NCBI GenBank assembly: GCA_036735585.1
Contig: DAINOB010000001.1
Coordinates: 1-33,483 of the forward strand
Direction: 5' to 3'
Source of the DNA: Cytophagales bacterium
Lineage (GTDB): Bacteria; Bacteroidota; Bacteroidia; Cytophagales; JAIYAX01
Length of the DNA stretch: 33,483 nucleotides
Shown here: piece after piece, positions 20,901 through 25,214 of the stretch
Position numbering within the stretch: position 1 is the first letter of the stretch
Layout: every line of letters starts with the position of its first letter
Position numbers and translations under genes: made by a program
The notes under the pieces: model-generated
Seen by the model: the letters and a program-made list of their open reading frames with translations, nothing else
Database searches by the model: none
Told to the model about the DNA's origin: nothing

Positions 20901-23355
20901 TAACGGTATAAGCCAATCTAAATGTCCCATTGGCACTATCAGTACTAGTAATGTTGTATGTTGCATTTGGATCATTGGCATTTGGAGAAAATGTTCCTGA
21001 ACCTCCAGACCATATCCCTGGAAGACTAGGGCTTACAACAGCGCTGAGTGCAATGGTCTTTTCAAAATCACACACCAAGCGGTCTACTCCGGCATCTACA
21101 ATTGGCGGATCTATAAAGGTAATAGTTAGGGTATCTGATTCGGGTTGGCAAAAGCCTGAACCTATTGAGGTTAGAATTAAATTAACCTGCCCAAAAGCAA
21201 TCTCTGCAGCAGTTGGTACATAGATCGCATTTAAAGTGCTGTCGTTTGGTGTAAAGGAACCAGAGCCCCCTGACCAGCGACCCCCTGTGGCTACAGATGG
21301 CGGTACTCCTATTACATTGACCGAACCACTCAATTGAATTTCAGGATTGTTCTTGCAAACCTGGGTATCGCCTAAGGCCAATACAACTATAGGCTCAATA
21401 ATATTAATTAGCACGCTATCTATCGCAGGGACAACACAAGGCACTACTCCATTGGTAAAAAACTTTAAATACACACCACCTGTGTCTATCTCAGCTTGAC
21501 TTGGTATATAAATAGAATTTACAGCGGAACTATCTGGAAGGAAAATCCCCGTTCCTCCAGCCCAAAAAGAACCAGCGCCAACTCCTGAGCCTGATAAATT
21601 TACCGAAGGATTGTTGTAACAAACCGTAGATCCAGGTCCTGCATTGGAAGTAGGTGGAGGAGAAAAGTTGATTTGAATGCTGTCGGTCTGGGGAGGACAG
21701 CCTATAGAATCATTGGTGGAAGTAAGCCTGATGATAAGGGAACCATTGGGAACTACATCTCCAGGGCCAAAAATATAGGTACCGATAAGTGATGAATCGT
21801 TGGGTAAAAATGATCCAGACCCATTTGTAGTCCAGCGCCCTGTTACTGAGCCTATCGTTACAGAACCGTTTAGAGGTATCTGGCCGTCTGTTGCACAGAT
21901 TGAAGTATCATTGGGTATAGCAGGAGGATTGAAGAAGTTGGCATCTACTAATGTTATTGAATTAGGTATTGAGGCATTTGAGGATTGAATACTAGCAAAC
22001 CACCAAGTATTGATAGAACGCAAGTCACCCCAAAAAGTCCTTGGCGTGATTCCATCAGGGGCAATATTTCCGCTCCACTTGTGACAACCTGTAGGATCAG
22101 TACATCCAATAAAAGGATCTCTCGTACCTCCAGCAATCAAAGTATCATCCCAATACAATCGAGGTTGAGGACCAAGTGGCCTTACTAATTGTACTCTATA
22201 CCCATCCGGGTGATTCTCTACATCATAAAGAGGAAGGTGCGTAAGACCATTATAATAATCTACTGTGATAGGGATCACTGTTCCTGGAAGAACCAATTGC
22301 CCCAGACCATTTAAACTATTCCATGGAACGCAATTAAGCCCACTATCCACTTGAGTTGTGATTAATACATCGGCAGAATTTTCTTGATATTCAGGTATTC
22401 CATTAAGCTCAAGAATGATATCAACAGTACCAGCTTTATTTACAAATACATTTAGACAACGATTCTGGGGGTCACAACCTGTGATTGTGGGTGGCGCGGT
22501 GATGTCACCCAAAACCCCTGTAGGAAAGCAAGAAGAATCAGGATCATTCAGAAAAATAGGATATTCCGGAAAGGTAAAGTTTCCAGCCCTAGACCTTCTG
22601 TCATTGATTATGTTTCCTGTGTTGGTGCAGCCTCGAGAGTTGGCAGAAACAATAAACCCAAATGGCTGCATTCCTCCAAAATCCAAACGAGTAACTACCC
22701 CATCGGGTGCATACATAAACATATTGGCCCTATATCTATTGGTAAATGAACCAGTGGTTAGATCCCATGCTCTAGACCATAAGCGGCCTAGCCTAATCGT
22801 ATTTGTTGCGATTGTAGCAACAGTAACATCGAAAAGTTCAAATCGTCTATTTACTACTTGTACTGTATTGGCATTATTTGCATTAAATTCTATATAATAG
22901 TTTCCAGTTAGCGTTGGTGTATATTGTAATGCGTTGTAGCCCCCTGCTCCTACCACTGCTGCAGGTCCGGCAACCGCTTGCGCATAATTGTTAATGAGTC
23001 CAGGGCCCGGTGCTGTAGGGATTTGAACAGGTCCAAAAACAATATTGCCATTTGGATCCCTTAATCTTACAAAAGTGGGTTGTGTAATATTAGTGGTTCG
23101 TACTCCAAAGTAAATTCTCTCACCAGGATTGCAAATGTTGATATAAAGTCTCTGATTAGAGTCTGCGGAATAGGTCATAAACCTACGCTGTGGCTGTGTT
23201 GTAGGATCCCATATCTGCATAAAGCCTGCGTCCCCGGCAGCGGGTCTAAGTTCTCGTGTGCCTTCTGAATAGGACTGAAAGACAGAAAGGGTAAAAAAGC
23301 AATAGAGAAATATAAATCTCAACTTGCTTAGTAATTTACTCGGTTCGGTTTCCAT
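11935..23355 (-). CDS. Giant T9SS type-B cargo: repetitive cell-surface (adhesin-like) protein, ~3806 aa from the preferred start
   Basis: Uninterrupted 11.5-kb ORF. The preferred start is the ATG at 23355 (METEPSKLLSKLRFIFLYCFFTLSVFQSYS = signal peptide); the track start at 23502 adds 49 residues that do not look like a signal. Layout is head domain, 32 + 5 Ig-like modules, and a canonical type-B sorting domain at the C-terminus. Confidence 0.9.
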   Translation of the reverse strand: METEPSKLLSKLRFIFLYCFFTLSVFQSYSEGTRELRPAAGDAGFMQIWDPTTQPQRRFMTYSADSNQRLYINICNPGERIYFGVRTTNITQPTFVRLRDPNGNIVFGPVQIPTAPGPGLINNYAQAVAGPAAVVGAGGYNALQYTPTLTGNYYIEFNANNANTVQVVNRRFELFDVTVATIATNTIRLGRLWSRAWDLTTGSFTNRYRANMFMYAPDGVVTRLDFGGMQPFGFIVSANSRGCTNTGNIINDRRSRAGNFTFPEYPIFLNDPDSSCFPTGVLGDITAPPTITGCDPQNRCLNVFVNKAGTVDIILELNGIPEYQENSADVLITTQVDSGLNCVPWNSLNGLGQLVLPGTVIPITVDYYNGLTHLPLYDVENHPDGYRVQLVRPLGPQPRLYWDDTLIAGGTRDPFIGCTDPTGCHKWSGNIAPDGITPRTFWGDLRSINTWWFASIQSSNASIPNSITLVDANFFNPPAIPNDTSICATDGQIPLNGSVTIGSVTGRWTTNGSGSFLPNDSSLIGTYIFGPGDVVPNGSLIIRLTSTNDSIGCPPQTDSIQINFSPPPTSNAGPGSTVCYNNPSVNLSGSGVGAGSFWAGGTGIFLPDSSAVNSIYIPSQAEIDTGGVYLKFFTNGVVPCVVPAIDSVLINIIEPIVVLALGDTQVCKNNPEIQLSGSVNVIGVPPSVATGGRWSGGSGSFTPNDSTLNAIYVPTAAEIAFGQVNLILTSIGSGFCQPESDTLTITFIDPPIVDAGVDRLVCDFEKTIALSAVVSPSLPGIWSGGSGTFSPNANDPNATYNITSTDSANGTFRLAYTVTGISGCAAVSDTVEFAITPSPVANAGANVNVCETNPTVNLNGSVSMGATGFWSSLGDGTFFPNASTLNATYEPGPIDIASTVIFLYLNTSGAGCTPTRDSIQVIIGQAPRAEAGPDQSVCRNNPLVTLTGSSLSGITASRLWSGGGGTFTPIPPNQFNVTYLPTAQELTNGSVKLFFRVNTVTCPGLNDSLTINFVNPPSVNAGPAIVDVCTNNPVVQLNGVVSGGGGGFWSNGSGVFNPSQDSLITVYSLTPAEVTAGGLTLALTTDTLNNNCLPVSDSIQIRVLPGPVSNAGPDQTLCKNNAVVSLSGTVSNAGGGRWVGGGGTFTPGRNNLNVTYTPNQNELNAGFVDIRFRTTGNGFCDPSFDTVRINFVNAPTVSISAPSAVCEDNSAVNLSASFTVAGGVRWIGNGGSFIPNSDSVNVIYIPTASEILAGSFTITAETRLNGNCNPVQSTATIQVTQSPVANAGPNQTVCGGLPSVTLNGSVIRATGGRWVSSGSGTFSPNVNVLNANYLPSATDRLNGFVVLTLISTGNGLCNADSSSMVITFTADPVVNAGPDRTVCTSDFPIQLAGSGSAATWFGGNGSFTPNSATLNARYTPSAAEVLNGFVRLRLVTNPNPNCIQVTDTVLFTILQGPVINAGSDIVVCAETDTIQLNGTVTNSPFSVWTTTGTGAFTPNANTPQGRYILSATDKLNGNVNLVLSVPPANGCGVVRDSVRVTINPSVVANAGPDQDVCETVDTIQLNGAVTLATGGLWSSLGGGVFTPNATTLNAGYLPTPAERTAQRVVLVLSSTGNGSCQPNRDTINIDLQDAPSTSAGSPQSFCSDVNNIQLFGTFSNAQGVIWSTSGSGIFSPTANTPSSRYFPSQADTAFGSVRLFITTLGNGTCAPAQDSVLMTLTKRPRAIAGPNQTLCADRDTVQLLGQVFNATGGVWLSTGTGIFVPNATSLNARYIPSAQDKQVQFVSLRLTTTGNGICNPDSNSLIVTFTPEPELSLGLDVEICETTTTLPLSALTTNATGVLWSSNGTGSFSPSNTSPTPTYQLTFADRQRDSILVFATTTGTGQCVAKRDTLLVRIIRAPIINAGGDYDVCEDKLSTSLNGSVQNAGGVSWSSASNGSFFPNSFVANPNYVFTTVDRLNGFARLFLSSTGNGPCVPPPIDTIIITLTPKPDIQFVGDTLVCSDTPSIPLSAVVTVATGGIWNSSGTGIFTPSDTGFNTSYIPSNLDIAAGQVRFTFSTTGNGLCDTTRRSYDLYFRTAPTIDAGTSQTICRSQNSVSLSGTVTNASGVVWSTLGTGGFTPFATDLNANYFPSVADRNNGLVKLYLQTTGTGICKPRIDSMLITINPLPTLNIGNDTSICKTAPGVRLIANYAHAGGVSWTSTGTGSFLPNALSDTVFYVPGLLDTVVTIRSVTTLNTVCNPIEDSLTLRIVAPPTVNAGIDKQMCSDDESVDITGTFANALRVKWTTNGSGILSDTATASIFYQPSVADRLLDTLFFTIRTVTDGICANVSDGMVLAITQSPTVNVGQDYQVCASLDSLPLFAQSTNSPNGFWTTLGSGTFQPSNLSASGFYFPSQADTAAGLVSLVYQANGNNTCFPAFDTLNIQFSTALVINAGGPIDTVCTNDFPYLLNGSGANGSWVGGLGTFSPSRNVLNATYQPTAGEIAAQQVLLTLVSPASGACPPVIDTLLLRILPGPTVNAGPNRTICADSSGLQLNPVIANASAVTWSTSGTGTFIPNDITANAIYVPSAQDIQDSLVVLTIQVTSPTACSSQSDQLTLFINPAPTIFAGFDITICRDVDSLLLQATATQAGGAIWRKVGSVTPLPLNGPNNFSIFYTPTIAERNLGFVELIATTTGTGICRQVSDTVRINLTPTVTTTISPAQVICETSTTVNLSSVITVAQGVSWSSTGSGSFSTDPFQLNPIYALSVADRASDSIFFRLTTLGNGTCRAAFDSTVVRIRRVPLVTASAPTDVCRNEPFIQLSGTSVNTPSVRWKTLGTGTFDNDTILTPRYFPTASDLAANAVTVYLVSTGNAPCDSSAAFATITFNTEPAAVVNAGFDIEICRDVQLINLNGLILNAPGGTWSSTGTGIFLPSNTSLNGFYQPSAADIASDSIFIRLASLPTNVCNSTIDSIRVLFTPTPTVDAGLNDTICADANFIQLSGFVTVANGGVWTTTGTGTFVPNAFTLNAVYQPSASDKQAGQVGLTLTSDGNGTCSPVSDTKILRILRVPEISITVPEEICSDQDSIPISATFARANGVQWLSTGTGIILPTATSPNAFYLPSAADKFAGAVVLTANTTGNGLCQSVSDNKIVRFVEAPKVEAGPDLAVCEDALQIQLNGTIDQLLNTSWTTNGTGVFAPSEDVLSPTYAISLDDRLRNSIIFRLTSAPGKCKAKTDSVIYTLQRLPVVNTGPSSLCVQNGSIQLQGSIQNAIGGSWTTNGTGVFSPSPQQLTPFYFPSASDFTLQRIEFTLTSIPTGACPGANSDMVVGIAPPPFADAGLDKTVCRGSNVLLTSFRETGNQYRWSTLNGLIISNSHNVVVTVSNDTGFVVTAQDSRGCVTTDTIRLFGINPPTFNMDTSFCFDTSLLINSNVANVPGVAGTFLWFRNDSIILGANNSTLQLEQPGIHRILYFFDQCFTDASTNVVIPPRPNGSDRTVCVGSDVTIATTAFPGAQYIWTSLGDTLAYTTFFFDTLGNDTPSVNQVFQVLITDSYGCIGRDTIVLSTTIRPEVVLNDTTGCQGLPVVLNGTPINYDSLNLSSGVYTWFTEGLAIESERDSIYRATTPGIYSVRFAIDQCFDEDSATLIFSPLPQLVLPASIKFCKADDDSVALNVSGFARYEWFGFGADSTDTLSTFYATDSGYYTVTVFNEANCPATDSILVFDRCSPRIFTPSGFTPNGDGKDDFFRLFGEYFSDFSLTIFNRWGEIIFYATDITEGWDGTYKGEEMPTGTYPFIVTYKGIESEFAGPFKKQGSVTLIR
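11938..12210 (-). other. Type-B (CHU_C/gliding-motility-associated) C-terminal sorting domain of the giant protein
   Basis: IFTPSGFTPNGDGKDDFFRLFGEYFSDFSLTIFNRWGEIIFYATDITEGWDGTYKGEEMPTGTYPFIVTY...GSVTLIR. A textbook match to the PNGDG.ND / NRWG / GWDG / G.Y motif series. Confidence 0.85.
12211..13386 (-). repeat. Five class-2 Ig-like modules (~75-82 aa each) preceding the sorting domain
   Basis: Each unit has an early Cys, a Y.W or W.F aromatic pair and a late D..GC/DQC/NC motif (e.g. CRGSNVLL...YRWS...AQDSRGCVTTDTIRL). This class differs from the 32-copy class and resembles the modules of the adjacent 642-aa protein. Confidence 0.6.
13387..21915 (-). repeat. Array of 32 tandem, diverged ~88-aa (~265-bp) coding repeats
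   Basis: Manual segmentation of the translation gives 32 consecutive units. Consensus: NAGpDqtvC.....iqLnGsv.nA.Gg.WsttGtGtF.Pn...lnA.Y.PSaaD...G.v.L.LtttGNG.C.p..DsvtI.....P.v. There are two conserved Cys ~62 residues apart and one conserved Trp. 8529 nt / 32 = ~266 nt per unit. Confidence 0.85.
21916..23265 (-). other. Non-repetitive N-terminal head region (~450 aa) of the giant protein
   Basis: It starts after the predicted signal cleavage (SYS/EG). It has no internal periodicity, several Cys pairs (RGCTNTG, SSCFP, TGCDPQNRC, GCTDPTGC) and is Trp/Tyr/Arg-richer than the repeat array. I cannot name a family. Confidence 0.5.
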
Positions 23356-23766
23356 ACGGTCTGCAGTTAGTTTCAAGTTTACCTCTAAAAATAGTTTCTT
23401 AGAGATACTTTTATAAAACCCTAATACGCTTGTGAGTAAATTTTGGTTGGAACAGTTGGAAAGAACTCTTGTTTTAATCAAACTAAATGTTGTATTCTTC
23501 ATGTTTAGATATAGTCCCTACGATTACGAGCTTTGATTTCGGTTTAAAATGCTTTTGAGGATTTCCAATTTCAGAAACTCATTTATGATTTAGTTCTAGA
23601 TTCTCAATTTGCTACAAAAGGTAAACAATTTCTCCTGTCTCAAAATGCCCCACAAGGTACATATTTATCATGATATCAAAATCGAATGCTTAATAACCCA
23701 AATCGAATTTGAACCAATTTTGCATACCTTTACCCTTAATTCAGTATACATCATCGGCCTTATCTC

Positions 23767-24840
23767 TTGATCAAATTGAAACTAAACAAAAAAACTAATT
23801 CAAAAGGCATACTTGTTTCTATGTTGTTTCTTGCTCTAAGCATGGCACCATATAAGTGTGCACTAGCCCAAGATATTCAGTTCAGTCAGTTTTATACCGC
23901 TACTCTTTATGTAAATCCAGCTTTTGCAGGATCTATGCATCAGAGCAGGGCTATGTTTCATCAGCGTGTACAATGGCCACAGCTTGAGGCAAAATATATC
24001 ACTTCATTATTCTCTTACGACAACTTTATCGATAAGTATAATAGTGGAATAGGTATTATGGCTATTCAGGATTTTCAAGGTGCCAACAACATTAGTTCCT
24101 CCGAAGCACATATTTTATATGCCTATGAACTGAACCTAAGCCGTACCTTTAGTTTTAGAGCAGGGTTTCAAGGAGGAATTATGTCACGCCAAATCAATTA
24201 CAACAAGCTTTCTTTTCCAAGCCAATTCAATAACCAAGGATTCCAAGGTGGAGATATATCGGCCAATATTGGGGATGAACGTGTAAACTTTTTTGATGTT
24301 TCTACAGGTGGATTGCTTTACAGCGAGCGATTATGGGTGGGTGTAAGTGCACACCATATGAATGAGCCAAACCAAAGTTTTCTAGGTGGAGTTACTCGAT
24401 TGCCCGCACGTTTTGCCTTTATTGGTGGATACAAAATTTATTTGGACAATACTGCAAATACCTCACTCAAAAGAAGAGCTGACCATCGAGAAGTGTCTAT
24501 TACTCCTACCTTTCACTACAAATTTCAAGGCAAATCTGATCAGCTTGACATAGGCTTGTACGGAACCTACAATCAAATATTCGGGGGTGTTTGGTACAGA
24601 GGACTTCCTTTCAAAAGGATTGAGTCTTTTCTACCTAACAATGAGTCCGTTGTTTTCATAGCTGGTGTATTTTATAAGAGATTTAGATTTGGCTACAGCT
24701 ATGATGCTACGGTATCCAAACTCACAGAGGTGCGTACAGGGGGATCACATGAGATCAACTTAACCTACTTCCACAAACCCAAACCAGCGAAAAGGAAACT
24801 TAGAAAGGATATCCCCTGCCCTCCTGGAGCAGGCGAATAA
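23767..24840 (+). CDS. PorP/SprF family T9SS membrane protein (copy 2), divergent from the giant gene
   Basis: Signal peptide ending ALAQ followed by IQFSQFYTATLYVNPAFAGS (the PorP/SprF hallmark). 357 aa. 23767 is a TTG; the alternative ATG at 23821 would leave a short signal peptide. Confidence 0.85.
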   Translation: MIKLKLNKKTNSKGILVSMLFLALSMAPYKCALAQDIQFSQFYTATLYVNPAFAGSMHQSRAMFHQRVQWPQLEAKYITSLFSYDNFIDKYNSGIGIMAIQDFQGANNISSSEAHILYAYELNLSRTFSFRAGFQGGIMSRQINYNKLSFPSQFNNQGFQGGDISANIGDERVNFFDVSTGGLLYSERLWVGVSAHHMNEPNQSFLGGVTRLPARFAFIGGYKIYLDNTANTSLKRRADHREVSITPTFHYKFQGKSDQLDIGLYGTYNQIFGGVWYRGLPFKRIESFLPNNESVVFIAGVFYKRFRFGYSYDATVSKLTEVRTGGSHEINLTYFHKPKPAKRKLRKDIPCPPGAGE

Positions 24841-24853
24841 TAGAACTTTAGAA

Positions 24854-25162
24854 TCAATAGAAGTTGAATCGCCCTTCGTGCTTTTCAATGGCCGAATTTG
24901 CCTTCTTTACATTGAGCTTATTTAGGTTGGCCTGATTCTTCCTCTGAGTCTTCATGTTCTCCTTTTGAATTTTGGATGCATTTGATTGATTATCCTCAAT
25001 TACATTTTTGGCTTGCTCCTGAAAAATATTGGGAGTCTTTTTCTTAGCCATAGCGGCTTTCATCAACTTGGATTTCCTAGCCTTTTTAGCACGATACATC
25101 CTCATGTCGCATGACGAAAAAATCAGAGTTGAAAGTAAAAGAAGTGATACAAGCTTTTTCAA
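24854..25162 (-). CDS. Small Lys/Asn/Gln-rich putative lipoprotein
   Basis: Lipobox-like LIFSSC after a hydrophobic N-terminus. The rest is low-complexity and basic. TTG start, downstream of the amidohydrolase on the same strand. Coding status is uncertain. Confidence 0.45.
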   Translation of the reverse strand: MKKLVSLLLLSTLIFSSCDMRMYRAKKARKSKLMKAAMAKKKTPNIFQEQAKNVIEDNQSNASKIQKENMKTQRKNQANLNKLNVKKANSAIEKHEGRFNFY

Positions 25163-25214
25163 AGGAAGTATTTAGATGCTGTAAAGATGGACAGAAAATT
25201 AAAAAATAGAAAAT

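Noticed and set aside
13387-21915. Regular ~265-bp periodicity considered as a non-coding tandem repeat or CRISPR-like array
   Set aside because: The periodicity lies entirely within one open reading frame. The units are diverged at the DNA level and conserved at the protein level (Cys, Trp and Gly positions). There are no short identical direct repeats with unique spacers.
12998-22897. About 25 plus-strand ORFs of 60-160 aa (e.g. 22415-22897, 19028-19360, 20588-20911) inside the giant gene
   Set aside because: All lie antisense to an uninterrupted 11.5-kb ORF whose translation has clear domain logic. Their translations are low-complexity mirror images (V/P/L/S-rich) with no motifs. Long antisense frames are expected opposite a Thr/Asn/Gly/Ser-rich repetitive gene.
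23356-23502. 49-codon N-terminal extension of the giant ORF (track start at 23502)
   Set aside because: The extension has no signal-peptide character, whereas the internal ATG at 23355 opens a canonical signal peptide that a T9SS cargo needs for Sec export. I kept it as an alternative only.
11935-23502. Naming the giant gene sprB
   Set aside because: Only the type-B sorting domain and the PorP/SprF neighbourhood are shared. The repeat class differs from what I recall of SprB repeats, and sprC- and sprD-like genes are absent. Orthology cannot be claimed without a search.
23679-23708. 9-nt direct repeat AAATCGAAT at 23679-23687 and 23700-23708, 21 bp apart, upstream of PorP/SprF copy 2
   Set aside because: A rough estimate gives about 0.5-1 chance 9-mer repeats in a ~260-nt AT-rich region, so it is not significant on its own.
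8885-24840. The T9SS locus as a horizontally acquired island
   Set aside because: Spot counts of single 60-nt lines suggested somewhat higher GC in the giant gene than in the flanks. That can be explained by its Gly/Thr/Pro/Ala-rich codon usage. There are no flanking tRNA, integrase, transposase or direct repeats. I cannot compute composition statistics here.
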